A DNA stretch of 49,541 nt from Candidatus Parcubacteria bacterium (GTDB lineage: Bacteria; Patescibacteriota; Patescibacteriia; Buchananbacterales; SURF-54). This document shows, piece by piece, positions 35,345 through 44,107 of this stretch. A program made the position numbers and the translations under genes. The notes beneath the pieces are model-generated. The model saw nothing but the letters and a program-made list of their open reading frames with translations. It was not told the origin of the DNA and made no database searches. Positions within the stretch are counted from its first letter, which is position 1; each line of letters opens with the position of its first letter. The stretch spans positions 1 through 49,541 of the forward strand of contig QZIX01000014.1 of NCBI GenBank assembly GCA_003599635.1. Reading direction: 5' to 3'.

Positions 35345-36180
35345 TTTTTTTCGCTATTTAACATGGCAACGCAATGGACTATATGCCAGAAAAAATCTTT
35401 TTCATTCCTGGAACCGTCCTCCCACGCAACCCCTAAATCCAGATAAGGACAGCAAAGAAGTTTCCAGTCACCTAAATAAAGCAAAGCTTTTAGCCAGGCA
35501 TTTCCAACCAGTCCCATTGAAGGAACAATTAAATTGGCTCCTTCCCACACAGCTGATTCATATTCAAAGTAATACTCTTTTACATCGTGTCCTTTTTCTT
35601 GAAGATATTTTGCCAAATTTTTATTAATTTCCGCAACATCGTCAAGGCTTTTGTATTTGCCCACTTTGCTTGTTGGTCTTAAACTTGACATTACGGCAAT
35701 TTTAGGAGTTAGACTAAAATTACTTTGCATATAATCAATCATCTTGTCAATTTCATGAATTTTATCTTCTAATGTCATACCTTGATAGATTGAACATGTA
35801 CTTACAAAAAAGCAGTATTTACCTTTCTGCATCGCCCCGGGACAGACTTTTCTGTTACTTGGTATAGGCACTTTACCAAACATCTTGAAAAAAACATCCA
35901 AGGTATATGAGTCTTTAACCTGTCCTCTGACAAGGCCTTCTATTTTTTCATTGTAAAGAAGCTTAACTAAAATTTCACTGGCTTTATCTTGATCCTCTTC
36001 TACAATATTTTCAAACCCTTTTACTTTGGCACCGACAATAACCAAATCAGCATATTTTTTTGCTTTTTTTAAACTTTTTATAGTTTCAGGAATTGGTCTC
36101 ATAATTGCAATGCCTATTTTTCTTCTTTTCTTTTTAGCCTGGTTTATAAATAATTTTGGAATATCGATTTTTTTGTTCAT
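35341..36180 (-). CDS. MtxX / methanogenesis-marker-4-like protein (phosphate acyltransferase-like fold)
   Basis: IEGLVRG, QGMTLEDK, PKIAVMS..R, ANLIVP.MG..GN...KAL.YLG, WEDGSR parallel the MtxX pattern (AVRG, EG.T..EK, PKIAVLSGGR, II.PDG..GN.I.R.L..LG, VDTSR) as recalled. Confidence 0.65.
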   Translation of the reverse strand: MNKKIDIPKLFINQAKKKRRKIGIAIMRPIPETIKSLKKAKKYADLVIVGAKVKGFENIVEEDQDKASEILVKLLYNEKIEGLVRGQVKDSYTLDVFFKMFGKVPIPSNRKVCPGAMQKGKYCFFVSTCSIYQGMTLEDKIHEIDKMIDYMQSNFSLTPKIAVMSSLRPTSKVGKYKSLDDVAEINKNLAKYLQEKGHDVKEYYFEYESAVWEGANLIVPSMGLVGNAWLKALLYLGDWKLLCCPYLDLGVAWEDGSRNEKDFFWHIVHCVAMLNSEKK

Positions 36181-36818
36181 AAAGTTGATGTTAATTTTTT
36201 TTCATTATTTATAATATCAGTTAATCTCCCTATTTCAAAATATCCTCTTTTCTTTCTTATTCCTTTTTTGTCGTTTAAGATGTGATAAAGACGGTATTTC
36301 AAACCTTTATGCCTCTTCTGCATTGATTTGACTGCGCTGATGAAAAATTTACAGTTGCTTAATTTATCGTCAATATAAAGAACTGTTCTATATCCTTGCC
36401 TGTATTTTTTACCCAGATAATTTATCAGCATCTCTTTTGTCTTCTTGTTAGTTTCGCCGTAATCAAAAGTGGAATTGAATTTCTGAAAGAATTTTCTGAT
36501 GTCACAGCCGGCCTTGGGATTAAGATATTTGGCGCGCCAGGCCATCTGCTCCTGCATGCCGGTGCTGAATGTTTCATTATGCTTTGTCCATATTAACACT
36601 TCCTTAAATCCAGGCTTTAATGCCAGCTTAATAGGCCAGCCATGTTCGTAGGCAAATCGGTGCATTTCTTCATATTCCCTGTCCGTTACCTCACTCTTTT
36701 TCTTTTTCAATTTAGCTGCAATCCAGTCGCCTATTGCAGGATAGCCGGTTTTTTTAATATCCCATTCTTCATAAAACAAGGTGCCTGCCAGATCCCAAAG
36801 ATATAAAGTCTTTGACAT
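36177..36818 (-). CDS. HAD-superfamily-like protein
   Basis: Motif I LWDLAGTL, ALKPGFKEVL, motif II FST, motif IV LYIDDK..N. Confidence 0.7.
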   Translation of the reverse strand: MSKTLYLWDLAGTLFYEEWDIKKTGYPAIGDWIAAKLKKKKSEVTDREYEEMHRFAYEHGWPIKLALKPGFKEVLIWTKHNETFSTGMQEQMAWRAKYLNPKAGCDIRKFFQKFNSTFDYGETNKKTKEMLINYLGKKYRQGYRTVLYIDDKLSNCKFFISAVKSMQKRHKGLKYRLYHILNDKKGIRKKRGYFEIGRLTDIINNEKKLTSTL

Positions 36819-36820
36819 AA

Positions 36821-38401
36821 TTATTTTCTTTTTAAAATCTTAACCACGCCATGGTTGGCGTTTACTTCCACCAAATCGCCATCATTTAAGATATCCGTAG
36901 CAATTTTTGTCCCGATTATGCAGGGTATGCCAAGCTCCCTGGAAACTATTGCCGCGTGGCAGGTTATTCCTCCTTCGTTTGTAACTATGGCAGATGCCCT
37001 TTTCATCGCCGAGATATAATCAGGGCGCGTCATTACTGCCACCAAAATATCACCCTTTTCAATTTTATTGACTTCCGTGGCGCTTTTTAAGATTTTAACG
37101 CTTCCTTTGACTTTGCCGTTTGAAGCGCTCAAGCCCCGAAAATCGTTGATATCTTTTTTTATTTCTTTATTAAATAAAACATGCTGGAATTTTCTGGCTT
37201 GGTTGCCTGTTAAAATTTCATACTCTTTTCCGCGATGGTACAGAATGCAGTATTTTCTCCTGTCTCTGGCTCGGGCACAGGTAACATGCTGTTTGTTTTT
37301 ATCAAACAAGTCAATCACTTCGCAATTCAAGAGATATTTCATTTCAGTGAGCGTATAGCCAAATCTTTTCCCTATTTCCTGCAAGATAATGGAAGAATAA
37401 TGCGTCGCCCAAAAAGTATATTTTTTCCTTTCATCCTGGAAGTGAGTGAAAGTTTCGGAAATTTCCAAAAGGTTTCTTAAAAAAACGGGAAGGCTTAATC
37501 TTTGACTAAGCTTTTGTTTTTTAATTTTATTCTGCTTAGGCGTATCTAAAATTCTTTTGATCTCCGCCTTAATATCAACCTTGTATCTGAACATTTCTTT
37601 GATTTGTCCGATAAAATCTTCTACTGTGAGCGTTTTATTCAAAAAATAATTATTATTGCTCCAAAAATAATTTTTCTGATGCTTTTCTAAAAATTTTTTT
37701 GTCTTGGGATATTCATTCAATATTGAAATTATTTTTTTTGCGCTGTTTTTTACAAATTCTTTTTTAAGTTTTCTGCCTTTTTCGACATTCAAGGCAATTT
37801 TAAGCAAAGAAATTTCTGCCTGGTTGATAAACGAAGCGTCGATTGGAGCTGTCAGCGTTGAGAAAATTTCCCCTTGCCCCTTTGCTATTTTTTTATTATT
37901 TAAAAATTTTACAAGCTCTTCCTGCACAAACCTGTCTGATCCAAGCGCAAAACCATCAATAATAGAGCTCATGGTCACCCATTTTTGGTAGGTGTTAACT
38001 AATTCTTGATATAGCGCTTCCAATTTTTCACCGCTCAAATTTGCCACATCGATTTTATCTATCCTTTTGCATAAGTTTATAAAGCTTAACTTGTCTTTAT
38101 CCCATTTTTTTTCTACATCTAGTCCAATATGCTTTTTCGATTTGTTTTTTGCCAATTTTATAAAGATATCGGTAATCCTCTTATTGTCCGCCTCGTCGAT
38201 ATACCAATCCCCTCTATCATCGTCAAAAATGACAATATGGCTGGTATATTCACCACCAGAGAATTTCCTTTTTTCGCGAACCAGTTCAGCCTCGCCGATT
38301 AAATATAAAAAATTCGGGCAGGCATCAAAACGCTGATGATACCATTCTTTTCTTTTGACTTTAGGCAATTCTTTTTTAATAAAGCCCTTTTTATAAATCA
38401 T
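36821..38401 (-). CDS. Helical domain + phospho-His swivel (PEP-utilizer mobile) protein, paralog 3
   Basis: C-terminal GLSAS.GKVKG.V, ILVAVMTRPDY, TNEGGITCHAAIVSRELGIPC (His482); no ATP-binding or TIM-barrel domain. Confidence 0.88.
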   Translation of the reverse strand: MIYKKGFIKKELPKVKRKEWYHQRFDACPNFLYLIGEAELVREKRKFSGGEYTSHIVIFDDDRGDWYIDEADNKRITDIFIKLAKNKSKKHIGLDVEKKWDKDKLSFINLCKRIDKIDVANLSGEKLEALYQELVNTYQKWVTMSSIIDGFALGSDRFVQEELVKFLNNKKIAKGQGEIFSTLTAPIDASFINQAEISLLKIALNVEKGRKLKKEFVKNSAKKIISILNEYPKTKKFLEKHQKNYFWSNNNYFLNKTLTVEDFIGQIKEMFRYKVDIKAEIKRILDTPKQNKIKKQKLSQRLSLPVFLRNLLEISETFTHFQDERKKYTFWATHYSSIILQEIGKRFGYTLTEMKYLLNCEVIDLFDKNKQHVTCARARDRRKYCILYHRGKEYEILTGNQARKFQHVLFNKEIKKDINDFRGLSASNGKVKGSVKILKSATEVNKIEKGDILVAVMTRPDYISAMKRASAIVTNEGGITCHAAIVSRELGIPCIIGTKIATDILNDGDLVEVNANHGVVKILKRK

Positions 38402-38408
38402 TATATAT

Positions 38409-39902
38409 TTATACTTTATTTATAGTACCGTCTGACAAGTCCAATATTATTTTATCATTATTTTTCAAAATTTTGGATGCCCCTTTAGTGCCGATAATGC
38501 AAGGAATTTTTAGCTCCCGAGAAACGACTGCGGCGTGAGTCGTAATGCCGCCTTCGTCCGTGACTATGGCTTTTGCCTGCCTCATCAGCGGCAGATATTC
38601 GGGCCTGGTCATCGGTGCCACCAAGATATTTCCTTTTTTGAACCTATCTCTTGCAGGATCATTTATTACGCTCACTATTCCGGATATTTTGCCACGGCCT
38701 GACGCAACGAATCCTTTCATTTCTTTTATAATACTTTTTCGAAGAAAAATACTGTCAATTATTTTTGCTTTTTTACCTAAAAGCAAAGTATCTGATTTAG
38801 GAAATGTGGAGTATATGCTGAATTTGGACCTTTGCCGTAAAATATTTTTTGAAATTTTTATTTTCTTTGTTAATAAATTTTCAATATCACTGATTAAAAA
38901 GCTTTGCGTTTCGTAAAGAGTATATCCGAACCTTTTGCCAATCTCTTTTAGAAGTTCATTCTGATAATGGTTGGCGATAAGAACAATTTTTTTTCTTTCA
39001 TCCTGCCACCCGGCCATAAACGAAATAAATTTCAATATCCTTTTGTAATACCCCGGCAGATGAAGTTGGCTAAACAAGTTTTTTTTCTGAATTTTGATTC
39101 TATTTTTAACACTCCGTAAGTTTTTAAGTTCATTTGTTATATCATTTTTAACACGCTTTTTAACTTCTTCTTTGACTAGCTCTAAAAATTCATTTTCGGT
39201 AATTCTATGGGTGTCTTTAAAATTGTTCCTGACCCAAAAAAAACTGTTGGCATGCTTTTCCAATTCTTTATTAAATTTGTCCGATGCCGATTTTCCACCC
39301 TTACTTTTTAAAAACAAAAGACATAACTTGAGAAAACTCAGCCGTTCGGTTTCAATGAAACTGTGTTTTGCGGGTGAAGTCAGGATTAAAAGTTTTTTTG
39401 ATGATGCCTGCTGGCTTAATCCCGTAAGCCGGGTAAAATCTTCAACAATCAATTTGTCCGTATACATATCGCAACATTCAGCTGATATAGGAGGTGTAAA
39501 TTCCTTTATAATAGAATCTATCAAATCTTCGTAAAGATTCCAAAGCTGCTTGTTATTTTGGCTCTTTAAGTCACAATTTTCTATAAAAAGGCATTTTTCC
39601 ATCAACACCTTTTTTAGTAGTTCCCATTGTTTTACTTTTTTCTTAAAAAAACTTTTGTCATTATTGTATTTTCTTAAAAAAACATAAAACATCTTCGTTT
39701 TTTCCTTAACGCAGGTTTTTTCTGAAATTATTCCGTTTTTAACCACAAGCAATGAAACTGTCCAGGGTTTCAAGCCGAAAAAGGGACCGACCTTTTCAAA
39801 TGCTTTCATAAAAGGAATGCATAACTGCAAAACCGCGGGTGCCTCTTCTGTCCACCAGTCATTTTCTTTGATATGTTTTAATAAGGCCTCAAATTTCATC
39901 AT
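38409..39902 (-). CDS. Helical domain + phospho-His swivel protein, paralog 2
   Basis: ILVAPMTRPEY, TDEGGITTHAAVVSRELKIPC (His456). Confidence 0.88.
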   Translation of the reverse strand: MMKFEALLKHIKENDWWTEEAPAVLQLCIPFMKAFEKVGPFFGLKPWTVSLLVVKNGIISEKTCVKEKTKMFYVFLRKYNNDKSFFKKKVKQWELLKKVLMEKCLFIENCDLKSQNNKQLWNLYEDLIDSIIKEFTPPISAECCDMYTDKLIVEDFTRLTGLSQQASSKKLLILTSPAKHSFIETERLSFLKLCLLFLKSKGGKSASDKFNKELEKHANSFFWVRNNFKDTHRITENEFLELVKEEVKKRVKNDITNELKNLRSVKNRIKIQKKNLFSQLHLPGYYKRILKFISFMAGWQDERKKIVLIANHYQNELLKEIGKRFGYTLYETQSFLISDIENLLTKKIKISKNILRQRSKFSIYSTFPKSDTLLLGKKAKIIDSIFLRKSIIKEMKGFVASGRGKISGIVSVINDPARDRFKKGNILVAPMTRPEYLPLMRQAKAIVTDEGGITTHAAVVSRELKIPCIIGTKGASKILKNNDKIILDLSDGTINKV

Positions 39903-40028
39903 AACTTTAATTTTTTTACTATTCCATTGTCGGCGTCGACTTCTGAGTTCCGGTAATGCAAGTCAAAGAGAAAGGCAATATATTCCCCCTTCTATATACT
40001 AACCAGTCTTTTGGTTGCTCTCCTTTTC

Positions 40029-41480
40029 TCATAATTTTTTAATTATTCCCTTCTCCGTGTCGATTTCCAGATAATTTCCGTTTTTAAAAACCTTAGTTGC
40101 GTTTTTTGTGCCTACTATGCAGGGTATCCCCAGCTCTCTTGATACAATTGCCGCGTGGCTGGTCATGCCTCCTTCATCGGTAACCACAGCTGCGGCTTTT
40201 CTCATACCGATGACATAATCAGGCGAGGTCATTGTCGCCACCAAAATTTCACCTTTTTTAACCAGGCGGATATTTTTAGCCGAAGTTACAATTCTTGCCC
40301 TGCCGGTCACCTTTTTGCCAATGCTCACAACTACTCCCGACAATTCTCCTTTTTTTTCTTTCAAATCTACGTTTAGATATTTTTTAATTATTGATCCGGC
40401 TCTTTTGCCCGACAAATAGGATAAATTATTCTTTTTCATATTGTAATAAACCACAAAATGCTTTTTCCTTCTTGCCATTTCCGTCTTTCCTATTATTTTG
40501 CCTGAGTCTGCCAGACGGGACATTTCATAAACGTTATAATACTGCAAATCTTCGAATTTAACCTTAAGTCTTCTTTCAAATTCTTTAAGAAAAATATCAA
40601 TGTAATGGTTGGCCAAAAAAATATAGTATTTTCGTAAATCCTGCCACCAGATACAAAAACTCAAACATCTGGCGGCTTTGGCAATTTGCTGTCCCAGTTT
40701 ATATTTCTTAAAAATTTTTTCCTTTTCCCTTTTGACCTTGCAAGATAAAGCCAAAATGTTTTTAATTTTTTTCTGACATTGTTGTAATCTTTTATTTTTA
40801 AGTTCAGAAACAAAATATTTTTGAGACAAAACTTTTGTGTGATGGTAGCTGTTTAAAATCCAAAAATACCGCTCCTGATGCCTTTTAATTTTTTTGTCGA
40901 ATACATCTGTTCTTTCATATCTTTTAAGCTTTAACAGATCTAATTCCGCCTTCTGATAAAATGACATATTTTCCGGCGCCGATAATTTTTCAAAAGCATA
41001 AATAAAATCGTTGCCCTTTAATTTCTTTTTAAGCAAATCCGTTAAATACTTTTCGCCGCCCCAGTTGGCCACTTCCGGCAGTTCACCGATGCTCCAGAAT
41101 TTAAGATATAATTTTGACCATAGATTATATTTTTTTTGCAATTCATCTCCCGAAAGTCTGCTTAATCTTAAATTTGAAATATCATTTTGAAGATCTAACA
41201 ATTGTTTCAGATTTGCATGCCACAACCGGTACCATTTCATTCTCTGACTATTTTTAAGAATTATTTTTTTAAACAGTTCCTCGCCGCTGGCCCGCAATTT
41301 CGGGTATTCACAAAGATATACCATCTTTTCATCAAAAAAAAGGCCTGCTAAATCAGGCCAACTGTTAAAATATTTTGGAAATTCCGTAAAGGCAACGCTA
41401 AAAAAGTCAGGGTAAATAACCTTGCCGTCAATCGGGCCCCACCTGAATAATTCACTGCGACAATTTATTTTTATTGTCAT
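40029..41480 (-). CDS. Helical domain + phospho-His swivel protein, paralog 1
   Basis: ILVATMTSPDY, TDEGGMTSHAAIVSRELGIPC (His442). Confidence 0.88.
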   Translation of the reverse strand: MTIKINCRSELFRWGPIDGKVIYPDFFSVAFTEFPKYFNSWPDLAGLFFDEKMVYLCEYPKLRASGEELFKKIILKNSQRMKWYRLWHANLKQLLDLQNDISNLRLSRLSGDELQKKYNLWSKLYLKFWSIGELPEVANWGGEKYLTDLLKKKLKGNDFIYAFEKLSAPENMSFYQKAELDLLKLKRYERTDVFDKKIKRHQERYFWILNSYHHTKVLSQKYFVSELKNKRLQQCQKKIKNILALSCKVKREKEKIFKKYKLGQQIAKAARCLSFCIWWQDLRKYYIFLANHYIDIFLKEFERRLKVKFEDLQYYNVYEMSRLADSGKIIGKTEMARRKKHFVVYYNMKKNNLSYLSGKRAGSIIKKYLNVDLKEKKGELSGVVVSIGKKVTGRARIVTSAKNIRLVKKGEILVATMTSPDYVIGMRKAAAVVTDEGGMTSHAAIVSRELGIPCIVGTKNATKVFKNGNYLEIDTEKGIIKKL

Positions 41481-41490
41481 AATGTTTTTA

Positions 41491-41519
41491 ATTTTACAAA
41501 AAATTTACCCTTAAGTCAA
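41491..41519 (-). promoter_or_regulatory. sigma70 promoter at the head of the phosphotransfer island
   Basis: Minus strand TTGACT-N17-TAAAAT, ATG 10 nt downstream, no SD. Confidence 0.7.
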
Positions 41520-41520
41520 T

Positions 41521-41549
41521 TAAAAAGCCACGGCCTTTAGGCCGTGGCT
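41521..41549 (-). terminator. Intrinsic terminator after ctpA
   Basis: agccacggcc-ttta-ggccgtggct 10-bp stem followed by TTTTTA on the minus strand. Confidence 0.8.
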
Positions 41550-41558
41550 CTTGCTGCC

Positions 41559-42764
41559 TTACTTTAATATTTCCAGCGCTTTGTCCAGTTGCGGATCGCG
41601 GTCGTTATCGTAATCGTCTTTTGTCAGTTCAACGGCTATGTCCGGCTCAATGCCTTCCTGGTTGATATTTCTGCCGCTTGGCGTGTACCATTCTGCAACC
41701 GTCAATTTAATTGATGAACCGTCACTTAATTTTACCAGATCCTGAACCGAGCCCTTGCCGAAAGAAGTTTCACCGACTAATGTTGCGACTTTATAATCCT
41801 GCAAAGCGCCGGCCACAATTTCTGATCCTGACGCCGAACCGCCGTTAATCAGCACGACGGTCGGCAAATTCTTAAACCGCGCTTTGCCGTTGGCTTTATG
41901 GCTGAATTTGGTTTCATCGCGGCCTTTTTCATAAACCACAACATCTTTTTCAATCCAGGCGCCGGCAACTTCCACGGCTGTCTGCAAATACCCGCCAGGG
42001 TTATTTCTAAGGTCTAAAATTACCGCTTCGGGTTTTAAATCAATTATTCTGGAAACGATCTTGTTGAATTCTTCCAAGGTATCGCCGTTAAAATACATCA
42101 GTTCTATGTAAGCAACGTCACCGGACTTCATTTCCCAGCGTACGCTGACAATATCTATCTTATCCCTCACAATTTTGACTTCAAATGGTTCCTCGCCTCC
42201 TTCACGGAAAATCATCAGCGTAACTTCCGTACCCTTGGGCCCCCTGATCTTGCTGACGGCGAAATCAAGAGCGATTCCGCTTGTGTCCGTTCCGTCAATT
42301 GACAAAATAAAATCACCTGCCATAAGTCCGGCTTTCTGGGCGGGAGTTCCGGGTAAAGGGGCAATTACGGTTAGTTGATTTTTTTTAATTCCTATTTCCG
42401 CGCCTATTCCTTCAAAAGAACCGGAAAGTTCGTCATCAAATTTTTCAGCCGTTTCGGGTTCCAAAAAAATTGAGTAAGGATCTTTTATGGAAGCAACAAT
42501 GCCTTCAAGCGCGCCGTAAAAAAGCTGCTTATCTGAAATATCTCCCTTTACTGAATTTTCTTTGACATAATTCCATGTTTCCCAGAATAAATCAAAATCT
42601 ATCTTGTCGTTGTTTTGTGATATATTGCTTTTATCGATGCTTTTTTGCCAATCTGAAATCCCGTAAGAATAACCAAATCCAAAACCAGCTACCAGAATCG
42701 TAACTCCAAAAAATAAAATTAAAAGTTTTTTAAAATAATTTTTCGGTTTTTGGTTTTCAGTCAT
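41559..42764 (-). CDS. ctpA: S41 C-terminal processing peptidase (PDZ)
   Basis: DPYS.F, GIGAEI, AGDFIL.IDG, IRGPKGT, LDLRNNPGGYL, SASGSEIVAGALQD, SFGKGSVQ, GIEPD, DPQLDKA. Confidence 0.95.
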   Translation of the reverse strand: MTENQKPKNYFKKLLILFFGVTILVAGFGFGYSYGISDWQKSIDKSNISQNNDKIDFDLFWETWNYVKENSVKGDISDKQLFYGALEGIVASIKDPYSIFLEPETAEKFDDELSGSFEGIGAEIGIKKNQLTVIAPLPGTPAQKAGLMAGDFILSIDGTDTSGIALDFAVSKIRGPKGTEVTLMIFREGGEEPFEVKIVRDKIDIVSVRWEMKSGDVAYIELMYFNGDTLEEFNKIVSRIIDLKPEAVILDLRNNPGGYLQTAVEVAGAWIEKDVVVYEKGRDETKFSHKANGKARFKNLPTVVLINGGSASGSEIVAGALQDYKVATLVGETSFGKGSVQDLVKLSDGSSIKLTVAEWYTPSGRNINQEGIEPDIAVELTKDDYDNDRDPQLDKALEILK

Positions 42765-42773
42765 TGAATTAAT

Positions 42774-44057
42774 TTATATTTTTACTTTTTTAATGTCGGC
42801 TCCGATTTTTTTCAGCCGTGATTCAATGCTTTCGTAGCCGCGGTCTATTTGATACACATTGGAGATTCTGCTTTCACCTTCCGCAACCAAACCGGCAATC
42901 ACCAAAGTCGCACCCGCCCTAAGATCGGTTATTTCCATTTCCTGCCCGTATAGCTTGGTCGGTCCGACTATAATTACACGGTGAGGATCGCAAATGGTGG
43001 CATTTGCGCCCATCTTTATCAATTCATTAACATATTTTGTTCTCCCTTCATACATCCAGTCATGAATCAATGTCGTGCCCTCGGCCTGCGTCATTAAAAC
43101 TGCAAAAGGCGACAGAAGGTCTGACATAAAACCGGGGTACGGCATATCGTTTAGCTTCTTTACCGCCCTTAGTTTCGACGGTTTGACTATTATGTCAGAC
43201 AGATTCTTACCCTGGATTTGCCCCCGGGGAATAATTTCCATCCCGACCTGAGCCATTTTAAGTTTTTCCAGCTCCTGGGCGAAAAAATCCGTACTGGAAT
43301 TTTTTATTATCAGCTCAGATCCTGTCGCTGCGGCCAGGCAGACAAATGTTCCGGTTTCAATCGGATCCGGCATAACAGTGTATTCGACTGAATGCAATTT
43401 TTTGACTCCCTCAATTTCTATTGTATGCCCTGAAATTTTGATTTTGGCTCCGGCCTGATTTAAAAAACCGGCCAATTCCTGCACTGAATACCCGTAGTCG
43501 GCTCCATACAGAACAGCTTTGTAATCAGATTTGCACAAAGCCAGAATCAAATTCACTGTCGCTGTGGGCGAAATTTCAGAAAGTAAAATTTCCTTGTGCG
43601 GCGAGCCTATCCTTTTAAAATAAAGTCCGCTTTCGGAATTTTCAACTGAAAACCCGCATTTTTCAAAACCCATAAGATGCGCATCCAGAGGACGGGCGCC
43701 GATTTGGCAGCCCCCGGGATGAGGCAGTGAAAGTTCGCTCAACCGGCTTAAAAGACTTCCTATAAACAGGACAGATGACCTTAGTTTGCAGATAACTTCC
43801 TGCTTTAGGTCAGCCGGATTAATATCTGAGACTTTCAGATAAAGCTTGTTTTTTTCCAGCCATTCCGTTTTTATGCCCAGACTGTTCACTATTTCTATCA
43901 TTCTTTTCACATCCTCTATTTCCGGGACATTATTTAAAATTATTTCACCGTCAAATAAAAGAGAAGCCGCAATCAATGCTGTCGCGGAATTTTTGGCGCC
44001 TTTGACTTCAATTTCGCCCGCCAGCGGCTTTCCACCATGAATAATGAATTTTTCCAT
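42774..44057 (-). CDS. murA: UDP-GlcNAc 1-carboxyvinyltransferase
   Basis: GAKNS, LRSSVL, PGGCQIGARPLDAH, PDPIETGT, PYPGF.SD, YEGR, DLRAGA, IDRGYE. Confidence 0.96.
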   Translation of the reverse strand: MEKFIIHGGKPLAGEIEVKGAKNSATALIAASLLFDGEIILNNVPEIEDVKRMIEIVNSLGIKTEWLEKNKLYLKVSDINPADLKQEVICKLRSSVLFIGSLLSRLSELSLPHPGGCQIGARPLDAHLMGFEKCGFSVENSESGLYFKRIGSPHKEILLSEISPTATVNLILALCKSDYKAVLYGADYGYSVQELAGFLNQAGAKIKISGHTIEIEGVKKLHSVEYTVMPDPIETGTFVCLAAATGSELIIKNSSTDFFAQELEKLKMAQVGMEIIPRGQIQGKNLSDIIVKPSKLRAVKKLNDMPYPGFMSDLLSPFAVLMTQAEGTTLIHDWMYEGRTKYVNELIKMGANATICDPHRVIIVGPTKLYGQEMEITDLRAGATLVIAGLVAEGESRISNVYQIDRGYESIESRLKKIGADIKKVKI

Positions 44058-44063
44058 AAAAAA

Positions 44064-44103
44064 TGATATAATTAATTATAACCGCAAACTAATTTTTTTT
44101 CAA
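44064..44103. promoter_or_regulatory. Overlapping opposite-strand promoters (murA and PEGA gene)
   Basis: Minus: TTGAAA(44103-44098)-N17-TATAAT(44080-44075). Plus: TGnTATAAT at 44064-44072. Confidence 0.55.
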
Positions 44104-44107
44104 TAAG

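Noticed and set aside
36821-41480. Calling the three swivel proteins or 31361..32305 PEP synthase (ppsA)
   Set aside because: No PEP/pyruvate-binding TIM-barrel domain is encoded in any of them or elsewhere in the window.
41526-41549. IS200/IS605-type end hairpin (TTTA loop)
   Set aside because: No tnpA or tnpB nearby; position after ctpA and the T-run fit an ordinary terminator.
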